Positions 45,853-55,281 of a stretch of DNA of 64,000 bases are shown here, piece by piece; positions within the stretch are counted from its first letter, which is position 1; the number at the start of each line of letters is the position of its first letter. The stretch covers positions 21,954-85,953 of the forward strand of contig RKRR01000119.1 in the NCBI GenBank assembly GCA_007571305.1, read 5' to 3'. Below the pieces are notes generated by a model. The model was not told the origin of the DNA. It saw only the letters and a program-made list of their open reading frames with translations, and made no database searches. The position numbers and the translations under genes were made by a program. This DNA comes from Candidatus Poribacteria bacterium (GTDB taxonomy: Bacteria; Poribacteria; WGA-4E; WGA-3G).

Positions 45853-46617
45853 ATGAAGGTAGGTATTCGGGACGGGATGTTGCCCGTTTCTTTTGAGGAA
45901 TCGTTTCAGAAAGCCAAAGAGATCGGGTTTGATGGTGTTGAGATTTGCATGGGAGTCGACTACCGTGAACATCTGCTCTGGCAGGCCGGCGGGATTGATA
46001 AGGTGAACAGTTTGGTAGAAGCCTCTGGCATTGAGGTATCTTCGCTGTCTCCAGGTGGCTTCACTGCATATTCGTTTATGCATCCGACCGATAGCACGCG
46101 GACCGAGGGAATCGCAAAATTGCAGTACCTGGCAGAGACGTGTCCACAACTCGGTGCGAAGGTGATTCTGGTCCCGTTTTTTGGGAATGGTAAGATTGAG
46201 GATGAGCATATCAACGCGCGACGATTCATTGATGGATTGAAAGAGGCTGCTGAAACCGCTGAGAAACATGATGTTTTTCTAGCTATTGAATCGACCCTAA
46301 GCGCGGCGCAACATCAACAGATTATTGATAACGTGGGTTCGTCAGCCGTTGGGGTTTATTACGATATGGGAAACGCCACAGGATTCGGTTACGATTCACC
46401 GTCTGAAATTCGGAGCTTGGGCAGTGCAATCACGCAGATGCACATCAAGGACACCGGCGGCAATCACGCAGGTGAAGGCGATGTTGACTTCCCCGCAGTC
46501 TTTGATGCTGCCCATGCCGTTGGATACGATAGTTGGTTTGTTTTGGAAACACCCGGTAAAGATGATCCAGTTGCGTCGGCAGCAAAGAATCTCGATTTTG
46601 TAAGAAAGAATTTTTGA
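45853..46617 (+). CDS. sugar phosphate isomerase/epimerase (xylose isomerase-like TIM barrel)
   Basis: 254 aa with GFDGVEI, LAIES and HIKD motifs. GGGAGG sits upstream of ATG 45853. Confidence 0.7.
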   Translation: MKVGIRDGMLPVSFEESFQKAKEIGFDGVEICMGVDYREHLLWQAGGIDKVNSLVEASGIEVSSLSPGGFTAYSFMHPTDSTRTEGIAKLQYLAETCPQLGAKVILVPFFGNGKIEDEHINARRFIDGLKEAAETAEKHDVFLAIESTLSAAQHQQIIDNVGSSAVGVYYDMGNATGFGYDSPSEIRSLGSAITQMHIKDTGGNHAGEGDVDFPAVFDAAHAVGYDSWFVLETPGKDDPVASAAKNLDFVRKNF

Positions 46618-46697
46618 GGCAGTGATAGAAGTGGCATTTGTTATCAGAAATTTATGCGCTTCAATATTGAAACCCGTCTCATGATGGAGGAGTCTGC

Positions 46698-47504
46698 ATG
46701 AACAGCCCAAAAACGATAGCCCCGCACTCCGAAAGTAAGAAGTTACTTTCCCTACCGACGCGGCAAGCGGAGCAACTCTTTCAAAGTTACGAGAAGCAAC
46801 AACAACTGGAAGTTCTGAGTGCAACTCGGAACCCGAAATCTCGAGAGAAACTCTATTATCTCGTGCCAGATTGCACCGAGCTCATCCAAGAAAGTCCTAC
46901 CGAGGACGTACTCCAAGTCTTGGATACTATGCTTGGCACGGGACTTGCTTCTGCCCTATTGCCATGTCTCTCAAATGAGCAATTTGAGGAGTTATTGGAC
47001 ATTGCTGTCTGGTGCGATGGCAAACTTGATGAAGAGTCGTTAGACCTCTGGCTTTTTGAACTTTCTGAGTGTGAACGAGACGATCTTGGAAGGTTGCTCA
47101 GGGAACTTGACATCCGTTTACTGGCATCCCTTCTCCACGGTCGAGTTAAACTTCAAGATCTCCACAGCGGTATGCTTCTTGAAGCTGGGTATCTTGATCC
47201 GAGTTCACCAGCGATTGATTACGTAGACGAGCGTTCTCGGGCGATTTGTAATGCTATTTGGGAGGCAGATGATGAGATCTTTAGAACGTTGATCAGGGAA
47301 CTCTTTGCAATTGATACAGAAGGTGATGTTGAGGCTGAACTCGCTGCCTCCTCTGATGCTGTACAGGCTGATCGGGCTGCCCGCGTCGAAGCACGCGATA
47401 AGGAAGCTGGTATTGATGTCACTGAAGCTGACCTCATAGAGAAGGTCGACTTAGAGTCGCTTACGCTTGATGACGATGAGGACGACAATGGCACAGACGA
47501 ATAG
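46698..47504 (+). CDS. acidic hypothetical protein
   Basis: 268 aa, Asp/Glu-rich, with C-terminal tail DDDEDDNGTDE. No motif recognised. It overlaps the next ORF. Confidence 0.5.
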   Translation: MNSPKTIAPHSESKKLLSLPTRQAEQLFQSYEKQQQLEVLSATRNPKSREKLYYLVPDCTELIQESPTEDVLQVLDTMLGTGLASALLPCLSNEQFEELLDIAVWCDGKLDEESLDLWLFELSECERDDLGRLLRELDIRLLASLLHGRVKLQDLHSGMLLEAGYLDPSSPAIDYVDERSRAICNAIWEADDEIFRTLIRELFAIDTEGDVEAELAASSDAVQADRAARVEARDKEAGIDVTEADLIEKVDLESLTLDDDEDDNGTDE

Positions 47505-48450
47505 GTTTTCTCTCGTCACCGAGGCACAACTTGATGGACGACTCTACCTCGCGCAAGTCTTAGCGCATGGAGACACGTTCGGCGGCATCCCTCGTGAACA
47601 AGCGGATACGCTCTATCAGAATATAGCCGCTATCGCCCACAAACTCATTACGATGAAGACGACAGATCTTTCCGATCAATCTGGGCTACGGACACAGATT
47701 CGGACTGCTTTTACGCTCACCAGTCTTGGATTGGAGTATGGCAGTAAGGGTGATTTTGACAAAGCGGTTCGACTCCTCTGTAAAAACCGAGTCGTCAAAT
47801 TTTTCCAAATCGGGAACACGTTGACAGAAAAGTTATTAGACAGGGCGCGCCATCTTTTGGAACACGGTGTGATTCTACCTCCTGAGAGGGATGAGGAAGA
47901 TGCTCTTGGTGCCACCTATACTGATTTGGAAACAGAAGGTATCCAGATTTGGACACAATCGGAATTTGAATTCTTAAAGGCACTGTTGACTTACAGAACC
48001 ACTATCCGGTCCCATCAAATAACTATCAGAGATACGGAGGTCCCAAGAGCACTTATCCATTTGGCTGAAGTCAATATCATCGACCACCAGTTGGCATGTA
48101 TCGAGAATCGCTGTGACTACGTAAAAGCCTTGCCACTGGATGACTTGTTCGCATTGGATCCACCACTCAGTATCTTCCCTAACCCTATTGAACACCTCAC
48201 ACTCGGACTGATGGTCAATCTGGTACTCTATCGACAAGTAGATTTTCAGTTGGATGCCGACACACTGCAAGATTTCTATAAATTGGCTTATGTGGATGGC
48301 GAGATTCGGCAATCACTCCGGCAACAGTTACTCGATTGGATAGCGCAATATCTCGAACAGGCGCACCAACCTGAACCTGTGAAAACTTATGCTGTCTCGT
48401 ACTGGGATGATTGTCTCCGGATGGCAGGAAAGAAAATTTCTACTGAATAG
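47467..48450 (+). CDS. hypothetical protein
   Basis: 327 aa with no motif recognised. Alternative start MAQTNRF at 47488. It overlaps the upstream ORF by 17-38 nt, which suggests translational coupling. Confidence 0.5.
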   Translation: MMTMRTTMAQTNRFSLVTEAQLDGRLYLAQVLAHGDTFGGIPREQADTLYQNIAAIAHKLITMKTTDLSDQSGLRTQIRTAFTLTSLGLEYGSKGDFDKAVRLLCKNRVVKFFQIGNTLTEKLLDRARHLLEHGVILPPERDEEDALGATYTDLETEGIQIWTQSEFEFLKALLTYRTTIRSHQITIRDTEVPRALIHLAEVNIIDHQLACIENRCDYVKALPLDDLFALDPPLSIFPNPIEHLTLGLMVNLVLYRQVDFQLDADTLQDFYKLAYVDGEIRQSLRQQLLDWIAQYLEQAHQPEPVKTYAVSYWDDCLRMAGKKISTE

Positions 48451-48452
48451 TC

Positions 48453-49124
48453 TCAGCGATCTGCCAATCCTTTCTTTGCGTCCGCAATTGCCTTGCGGGC
48501 TTGTCGGGTGCCAATATCGTTCAAAGCCCGTTCTGCCATACGTCGGAGATCGGAATTAGGTGCATGCAGTGCCACAATGAGCGAATCAACCGCAGGGGTA
48601 CCGATTGTAGCTAAGGCGCGCACAACAAGACGACGGACGTTCCATTCGGGATCTGTAAGGGTGTTGATGAGGGCGGGCAAAATTGTATCAAGTGGTGTGC
48701 CGATTTCACCCAAGGCATAAGCGGCGTTCAACCGAATCTCCGCCGCGTCTGCTGTTAAAGCATCAATGAGATACGGCACGGCAGGTGCACCTACATTTTG
48801 AAGAGCAACCGAGCCAACGACGCGGATGTTTTCATCGGGGTCCGTGAGCACGGAAATGAGGGCAGGCACGATACGGACAGCAGGGGTTTTGATTTCGCTG
48901 AGTGTCCACGCCGACATCTCACGAATCTGTGGATTGTCATGGGATAGCCCGTGGATGAGTGCATCTACCGCCCCAGGTCCTATCTTGACTAAGGTGTCGG
49001 CGGCTTCGGTGCGACGCACAGCCGCTCTGTCACCAAGTTGGTTGACAAGTGTTTTTATGTGTTGTTCCTGGGACTGACATGCTATCAGACACAGGAAAAT
49101 GAGAAAACAAAAGAAACGTTTCAT
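48453..49124 (-). CDS. HEAT-repeat lipoprotein
   Basis: Lipobox-like LCLIAC after MKRFFCFLIF. Tandem HEAT/PBS-lyase-like repeats (R..A..AL..IG...AVP.LI..L.D). Confidence 0.8.
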   Translation of the reverse strand: MKRFFCFLIFLCLIACQSQEQHIKTLVNQLGDRAAVRRTEAADTLVKIGPGAVDALIHGLSHDNPQIREMSAWTLSEIKTPAVRIVPALISVLTDPDENIRVVGSVALQNVGAPAVPYLIDALTADAAEIRLNAAYALGEIGTPLDTILPALINTLTDPEWNVRRLVVRALATIGTPAVDSLIVALHAPNSDLRRMAERALNDIGTRQARKAIADAKKGLADR

Positions 49125-49385
49125 GGCGTATGAGTGTAGCATAGTTTTCGGCTTTTTACAAGTTACCGTTCTTGGAAACGTGAGGCGTTCAGTTCTTCTG
49201 TAGGAACGGTCCGTGCCCCTCTATACATCCTTTTTTTATCAGGGAACCCTAATTTCTGAACTCATTACTTGAAAAGTGGACACGAAATTTGAAACTTCAC
49301 CAGCGAATTTAGGTTACGTTATTGCAAATTACATCACTAAAGGAGAGCACGGGGTTCGCTTCATGGCGGAAACCGTCAGTAAAAA

Positions 49386-49925
49386 ATGAAATTAGAGACA
49401 GCGACGTTTGGGGCAGGTTGTTTTTGGTGTGTTGAGGCAGTCTTTCTGGAAGTGGAAGGTGTGCACACGGTCGTATCAGGGTACACCGGCGGGACCACCG
49501 TCAATCCAACGTATCAAGCGGTGTGTATGGGAATGACAGGCCACGCCGAAGTGGCTCAGATCCAGTTCGATCCAGACGTTATCTCTTACGAGGAATTATT
49601 GGAAGTTTTTTGGCACACGCACGATCCAACAACCTTAAATCGGCAGGGTGCTGATGTCGGTACCCAGTACCGTTCAGTGATTTTCTATCACACGGAAGTT
49701 CAACAACACATAGCAGAAAAATCTAAAGTCGAGATGGACGCATCCGATATATGGGATGCTTCTATTGTCACGGAAATCACCCCGATTGATGTCTTTTATC
49801 CTGCCGAGGATTACCACCAAAACTATTTTCAACTGAACCCAAATCAACCGTATTGCCAGTTTGTGATTCACCCAAAGATGCGAAAATTCACAAAAGATTT
49901 TAAGGACAAACTTAAAAATGGTTAA
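49386..49925 (+). CDS. msrA: peptide-methionine (S)-S-oxide reductase MsrA
   Basis: ATFGAGCFWCVEAVF active-site motif, GHAEVAQIQFDP and QGADVGTQYRS. Confidence 0.95.
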   Translation: MKLETATFGAGCFWCVEAVFLEVEGVHTVVSGYTGGTTVNPTYQAVCMGMTGHAEVAQIQFDPDVISYEELLEVFWHTHDPTTLNRQGADVGTQYRSVIFYHTEVQQHIAEKSKVEMDASDIWDASIVTEITPIDVFYPAEDYHQNYFQLNPNQPYCQFVIHPKMRKFTKDFKDKLKNG

Positions 49926-51555
49926 TAGATATGTTTTAAAAGCGTACACTGCAATTTACGCAAAAATCCCAATAATTAAACTTACGAACACCCCACGACA
50001 ACCACTTCTGCTGAGTGTTATCGCTATTATTTTTTCTTTCAGTACTGGGAGTGTTATCGCTCAAGAGATAGCATCGCCGATTGCTGTGCCAGTTGTGACA
50101 GCGAGGCGTGGAAGGATTGTTTCCACAAAGCAGTACACTGGGCATTTAGAGCCATACGCTGAGGTGAAGGTGTTTGCCAATGCTCCGGGGAAGATTATTT
50201 CCTTGAACGCGGTCGTTGGGCAAAACGTGGCGAAAGATGATGTAGTTGCCGAGACGGATTCGAGAGAAGCCGCACTTGCCGTGATACGGGCAGAATCGGC
50301 ATTAAGCAGTGCGAAATCCCGATTCACGTCAACAGAAGCAAACGCCCAAGCGGATGTTGAATCCCAGTTGGCAGTTGCACAAGAGACCTTAATGATAGCG
50401 CAGGCGAACCTCGTAGAGACACAATCACTCGCTGAGATGCGTGTCCGTAACCGACTCGTGCAGGCAGAAGCGGCGTACCAAGCAGCCATGGAGACAATTG
50501 AGAAATCGAAAACAAATGCAGAGCAGGGATTGGAACGAGCGAGGGTGGAGCGTGATGACGCTAAAGCGGATTATGAACGAAACAAATCGCTTCATGAGAA
50601 ACAACTTATCAGTGATAGCAATTTTGAATCGGTAGATAAGCGCTTGAGATTGGCAGAAACCCGTTTAGAGGAAGCTCAGGTTACAGCAAGACAGTTTGAG
50701 GAAGGTTCTACACACCCTTCCGTAGAGAAGGCGAAGGCAGAATTAGGCGTTGCTCGGAAGTTGGTGGAGATCCGCAGTTGGGAACGCGAGATCGCTTTGG
50801 TAGAATCAAAGGTTACCCAGGCACAAGCCGACCTTACCGCGGCGCAGAAAATGGTGGAAGCCAAGTCTTGGGAGCAAGGGATTGAAATTGCGAGATCGGC
50901 AGTGAGTCAAGCGGAAGAACAACTCAAACTCGCGCAAGAACAGGTAAGTGCCGCGACTATTAAATCTCCAATTGATGGCGTTATTGCCACGCGTCACTTA
51001 AGCATCGGAGATTATGCAGGATCCGCCTCCTCACCTACAGGGAAACCAATATTTACAGCCATCGGAGTTAAGGTTCTCAAAGCTATTTGGAGCATGCCTG
51101 TCCCCGATACGCGTCGCATTCACAGCGGTGAGCTCGTTCTGATCTCTACGGATGCCGGCATTCGAAATATCGTCGGCACAGTTGATTTTATCAGTCCCAC
51201 GGTCAACCGTGAAAACAATACGGTGCTTGTCCATGCCAGCGTGCCGAATTCTGTCGGGACACTCGCTTATAATGACGGTCTGAGGCCGGGTGGTACAATC
51301 ACGGTTTCTATAAAGACAGGCGAGCGGAAGAACGTCCAACTCCTTCCGTTGCATTCAGTTTTGCACATCCAGAATGGGAGTGGAATTATCTTTAAGGTTG
51401 AAGGGAACACTACACGCCGAGAACAGGTAAGCGTTGGTGCCGTTTACGGTGGTGAGATAGAAGTTACCTCGAAATTTGCGAGAGAAACCCTAGTAATTTC
51501 TGATAAACAACACCTATTACAGGATGGAACACCGGTGTCTGTAGTTCGCGATTAG
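49918..51555 (+). CDS. HlyD/MFP-family periplasmic adaptor subunit with a very long coiled-coil hairpin
   Basis: N-terminal TM anchor and a barrel-sandwich lipoyl-like segment (V.A...G.I..L.V..G..V.KDDVV). Then a heptad-rich stretch of about 250 aa and a C-terminal beta-barrel. No pump gene is adjacent. Confidence 0.75.
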   Translation: MVNRYVLKAYTAIYAKIPIIKLTNTPRQPLLLSVIAIIFSFSTGSVIAQEIASPIAVPVVTARRGRIVSTKQYTGHLEPYAEVKVFANAPGKIISLNAVVGQNVAKDDVVAETDSREAALAVIRAESALSSAKSRFTSTEANAQADVESQLAVAQETLMIAQANLVETQSLAEMRVRNRLVQAEAAYQAAMETIEKSKTNAEQGLERARVERDDAKADYERNKSLHEKQLISDSNFESVDKRLRLAETRLEEAQVTARQFEEGSTHPSVEKAKAELGVARKLVEIRSWEREIALVESKVTQAQADLTAAQKMVEAKSWEQGIEIARSAVSQAEEQLKLAQEQVSAATIKSPIDGVIATRHLSIGDYAGSASSPTGKPIFTAIGVKVLKAIWSMPVPDTRRIHSGELVLISTDAGIRNIVGTVDFISPTVNRENNTVLVHASVPNSVGTLAYNDGLRPGGTITVSIKTGERKNVQLLPLHSVLHIQNGSGIIFKVEGNTTRREQVSVGAVYGGEIEVTSKFARETLVISDKQHLLQDGTPVSVVRD

Positions 51556-51556
51556 A

Positions 51557-51718
51557 TAATCCAAGTTGTCAGTTTGTAGCAGAACCTGTTAGGGTGTGCA
51601 TCTTAAACACACAGGAAACCAACGGTCTCCTATGCTACGAAATGCCTCCGAATCATGAACCGTTTCAGTGAAAAATGGGACGGTATGGCTAAAGTTTTGT
51701 GAGTAGCAACTTGGGTTA
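51557..51718 (+). repeat. MITE-like structured repeat, family R1, full-length copy D
   Basis: Left end is TAATCCAAGTTG. Right end GTAGCAACTTGGGTTA is the reverse complement, with one mismatch, of the left end of copy F. Internal arms are GTAGCAGAACCTGTTAGGGTGTGC and CACAGGAAACCAACGGTCTCCTATGCTAC. Confidence 0.7.
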
Positions 51719-51865
51719 GATACATAGAAACGGAAGCAATTTCCTTATGGCTACTTTATGCAAACCTAATTGGAGTAGACAATTAAAAGGGTTTCCGATA
51801 GTTCCCACTCCATTATTTGACCGAAACCCTCATCTGCTTGTTACCCGTGTGGTAAGGAGATACCT

Positions 51866-52942
51866 ATGTTTATGCTGAACCGCCGAAACGCCTACTCTCT
51901 TTTTGTTATGCTGTTGGTTGCTATCACTGTAGAGCGTAGTGATGCTAACGCTTGGGTGCTGCAGACCGAAGTGCCAACATCCAGAAATGGGACCTCGACG
52001 GCTGTCGTTAACGGCAAAATTTATATCATCGGTGGTGTGCCTTATAGTAACAAGGCAGGACCGGGTTGGTCTGCCCTTCCAACGGTAGAAGTTTATGACA
52101 CGCGTATCGGTGCGTGGGGAAAAGCCGCGGATATGCCAACACCCCGAATCGCTGCGCAGGCTGCGGTTTTTGCTCGTGAAATCTATGTGTTCGGTGGATA
52201 CAGTCGGGGAAAGATTCGCGGTGAAAAAGACCATAAAACCGTTGAAGCCTACAACACACGAACCAATACCTGGTCAAAAACGCGAGACATGCCAACGCTT
52301 CGCCGTGGATTTAGAACAGCCGTTGTTGATGGAAAAATATACGTCATCGGTGGCGCGATTTTCGATAGAGAACGCGATGTTAGAGTCGCCACTGATCTCG
52401 TTGAAGCCTATGACCCGTTGACAGAGCGGTGGAAAAAGCGCGCCAGCATGCCAACCAAACGCATGTGGGTTGATACAGCGGTTGTGAATCATAAAATTTA
52501 TGCAATTGGCGGTGAAGTTTCACCTCGGCATGGTGTCCCGCCTGATGACCAGTTTTTTGCAAGAATTGAGGAATACAATCCAAAAACTGACCGTTGGCGA
52601 AAACACCCTGATATGCCACTATTGCGGTTTTCCTTTTCTACTGTTGCCATCGATAAGAAAATTTATCTGATTGGTGGGTACACTCGGGAGAATGGATTTA
52701 AAACTCTCACCTCAATAGATGTCTATGAACCGAGCTTCAATAGATGGGGGGCAATACCGCCCCTACCAGTGCCCAGAATCGCTCCAGCAGTCGCTGTCAA
52801 TGGTGTCATTTATGTGCTTGGCGGTTTCGTAAGAGGACAGAGGTTCTCGCACGCCGTTGAAGCATTCGATACCGGATTTCGGGCGGTTAACCCAAAAGAC
52901 AAACTTTCAACACTCTGGGGTGAATTCAAGAAAGCCAATTAA
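51866..52942 (+). CDS. secreted Kelch-repeat beta-propeller protein with C-terminal AVNP.DKLSTLWG.FK tag
   Basis: Signal peptide present. Six or more repeats of the ..GKIY(V/I)IGG.. motif. Confidence 0.85.
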   Translation: MFMLNRRNAYSLFVMLLVAITVERSDANAWVLQTEVPTSRNGTSTAVVNGKIYIIGGVPYSNKAGPGWSALPTVEVYDTRIGAWGKAADMPTPRIAAQAAVFAREIYVFGGYSRGKIRGEKDHKTVEAYNTRTNTWSKTRDMPTLRRGFRTAVVDGKIYVIGGAIFDRERDVRVATDLVEAYDPLTERWKKRASMPTKRMWVDTAVVNHKIYAIGGEVSPRHGVPPDDQFFARIEEYNPKTDRWRKHPDMPLLRFSFSTVAIDKKIYLIGGYTRENGFKTLTSIDVYEPSFNRWGAIPPLPVPRIAPAVAVNGVIYVLGGFVRGQRFSHAVEAFDTGFRAVNPKDKLSTLWGEFKKAN

Positions 52943-52947
52943 TGCAT

Positions 52948-54075
52948 CTACTCCCGGTGCAACACATAGACCCGAATCTGTTCCCATTTCCGTTTGGAGC
53001 GATGCGTAGCAACCCGCCTTTTAAAGAGCATCTCTTCTTTAAATCCGGATTCAGCAATCATTGTTTCTAAATTCTCTATCGCCTTAGGTCCTGAGGCATC
53101 CGCATAGCCCAACAAAATCGTACCATCAGGTTTCAGGAAATTTGAGACCTGAGCAAAAAAACGTTTCACCGTTTCCTGCTTTTCGTCGTGAATAGCGAGT
53201 TCCGCACGATTGCGCACACGGGCAACGACCCACGGTGCATTGAATATAATCACGTCAAATTGATGTGAAGGAAATGGATCAAACAAGTCACCAGCGGGCA
53301 TGACGTGGACAGCATCTGAATCTGGGAGAAGTCGTTGGAGGTTAAGTTTCGTGGTCGCGACCGCTTCAGGAAGCAGATCGGAGGCGTACAGTTCTATCTG
53401 CGCGCCTAATTCCTGCCGTGCCAGCAAGGTCAAACACCCACTTCCACATCCGATGTCAGCAACGGTAGTAGGAACAGATTGACAGACATGTTGGAGTGCT
53501 TCCTGAAAGCACTCAATCGTCTCTTGCGAGCGCGGCCCAAGGACATTTTCAGAGGCAACAAGGGAGGCGTTGAGGGCACGGATTGGATAGGTGCCCGTTA
53601 AAGCGTCTTGAATTTGTTGGATCTTTGTGAGTGAGAGAAGAAAGGGTTTCCCTTGATTCGCTTCTGCGGGTTCGCCAGCGAGTTCCAACAAATACGGTAG
53701 AGCAGGCGCGGATTCAGCCTGTAAAATTCCATCGGCATCTGCCCAACACATCAGTCTTGCTAAGGCTTCTTTCAGCACATTTCTTGTAGATCTTCCATGT
53801 GAATCTCTCCGACTTCGGGTTCTGGTATCCCGCTGGGGTTGTTGGATCAAATCTTGTTTATGACGTTGGATGTAATCCATCAGTGCCGTAATCTGTTCCC
53901 ACTTTCCCTCCACAATAGCAGCACCCCCGTGACGGATGTGCGTGAATATCCGATTGAGGTGTCCTAATTCTTGATGCACGAACAGTTTGGCGCGTGCGCG
54001 CGCGAAAACTGCATTCCGGCATTCAATAGGGACGTAGAGTTCTCCGAGGTTGCTAACGGAATAAAAGGAAGTCAT
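52948..54075 (-). CDS. class I SAM-dependent methyltransferase (HemK/RsmC-like small-domain type) with a long N-terminal extension
   Basis: VADIGCGSGCLTLLA (motif I) and IIFNAPWV (NPPY-like motif IV). The N-terminal region of about 190 aa is unrecognised. Confidence 0.7.
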   Translation of the reverse strand: MTSFYSVSNLGELYVPIECRNAVFARARAKLFVHQELGHLNRIFTHIRHGGAAIVEGKWEQITALMDYIQRHKQDLIQQPQRDTRTRSRRDSHGRSTRNVLKEALARLMCWADADGILQAESAPALPYLLELAGEPAEANQGKPFLLSLTKIQQIQDALTGTYPIRALNASLVASENVLGPRSQETIECFQEALQHVCQSVPTTVADIGCGSGCLTLLARQELGAQIELYASDLLPEAVATTKLNLQRLLPDSDAVHVMPAGDLFDPFPSHQFDVIIFNAPWVVARVRNRAELAIHDEKQETVKRFFAQVSNFLKPDGTILLGYADASGPKAIENLETMIAESGFKEEMLFKRRVATHRSKRKWEQIRVYVLHRE

Positions 54076-54105
54076 TGTTTAGGAAGATCGTCAAGCACTA
54101 TGGGA

Positions 54106-55185
54106 CTAAGAAATCGGGACAATCTCACCGGTTTTGACAGATTCTGCTTCCTTATAGCAGAGCAGCAACGCATCCCTCGCTCCGACACCGGACAGTGCCG
54201 TGGGTTCGTTTTCCCAGTCGATCGCGTCAACAGCGTATTGCAGTTCATCGGCGAAGGCATCAATCGGGTCGACCTCCCCTAAATCGACGCGTTCAACTTC
54301 ACCTTCATCGTTCAGAAGTGTCAGTGGCACTGCGGTAGAGGCTTCACCTGCTAATGTTGAAAAGTCGTAAAGTAGGGTGGCTTTTTCAAGGTAGATTTCA
54401 AATCCGTGTGAGAAAGCGCGTCCACGTTGCGAGACAGCACCCGACGAACAACTGACGGAAAGGTCTTTATCATTATAGATGTATTGGGTCGTCAGGTAAT
54501 CTACATAATTGCCGCTGGCGATTTTGCCTTGTGAGAAGACTGCATCGGGGGCACCGCAGAGCAGTTGGATGAAATGGGTGTCGTGGATGTGTAAATCGAT
54601 ACCGGGACCACCAATTTTTGCGATGTCGCCGACATGTCGTGACCAACTCGGTTTAGAAATAATTCGCTTGAAATGGGCACCGAGGAGCTGACCGTATTTT
54701 CCCTCTTCTACCACCCGTTTTGCATAGGCATATTCAGCAAAGAAGGGCAGTACGTGTGCGACCATCAGGAAACATGGGCTTTCATTAGCTGCTTTCCGCG
54801 CTGTGCCTATCTTTTCCGCGAGTTCAACGAGTTCATTGGCATCGTCAATAGAGATAGAAATCGGTTTTTCAACAAGCGTGTGTTTTCCGGCTTCGAGGGA
54901 TGCCATACTAACGGGTTTGTGCAGATGTGTCGGCAGGCAAATATCAACTAGTTCAACCTCTTCATCGGCGAGAAGTTCGTCAATCTCGCTATATTTTCGG
55001 ACGTTTGCGAGGTCTTCCATGCCCCCTCGGGGTCCGAAATTACCTTGAATGCCGGTCCAATCACCCGCGAGTTTTTTTGGATCTCGTGTGCAAATGGCAA
55101 CTACTTGGGCACCGGTAATGCGCTGAATGGCATAGTAATGAATCATGCCCATAAATCCGATACCAACGATTCCGATTTTTGTCAT
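54106..55185 (-). CDS. Gfo/Idh/MocA family oxidoreductase
   Basis: MTKIGIVGIGFMGMIHY Rossmann N-terminus and the EKP motif (LVEKPIS). Confidence 0.88.
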   Translation of the reverse strand: MTKIGIVGIGFMGMIHYYAIQRITGAQVVAICTRDPKKLAGDWTGIQGNFGPRGGMEDLANVRKYSEIDELLADEEVELVDICLPTHLHKPVSMASLEAGKHTLVEKPISISIDDANELVELAEKIGTARKAANESPCFLMVAHVLPFFAEYAYAKRVVEEGKYGQLLGAHFKRIISKPSWSRHVGDIAKIGGPGIDLHIHDTHFIQLLCGAPDAVFSQGKIASGNYVDYLTTQYIYNDKDLSVSCSSGAVSQRGRAFSHGFEIYLEKATLLYDFSTLAGEASTAVPLTLLNDEGEVERVDLGEVDPIDAFADELQYAVDAIDWENEPTALSGVGARDALLLCYKEAESVKTGEIVPIS

Positions 55186-55281
55186 TTTCTCGATTTCCCC
55201 TATTTTATAGCAGAAAGCACAGGTACCGGTCCCTTATTAAGGGTGATATCTGTGCCGTTGAGCGTTTGTGCGAGACCACAC

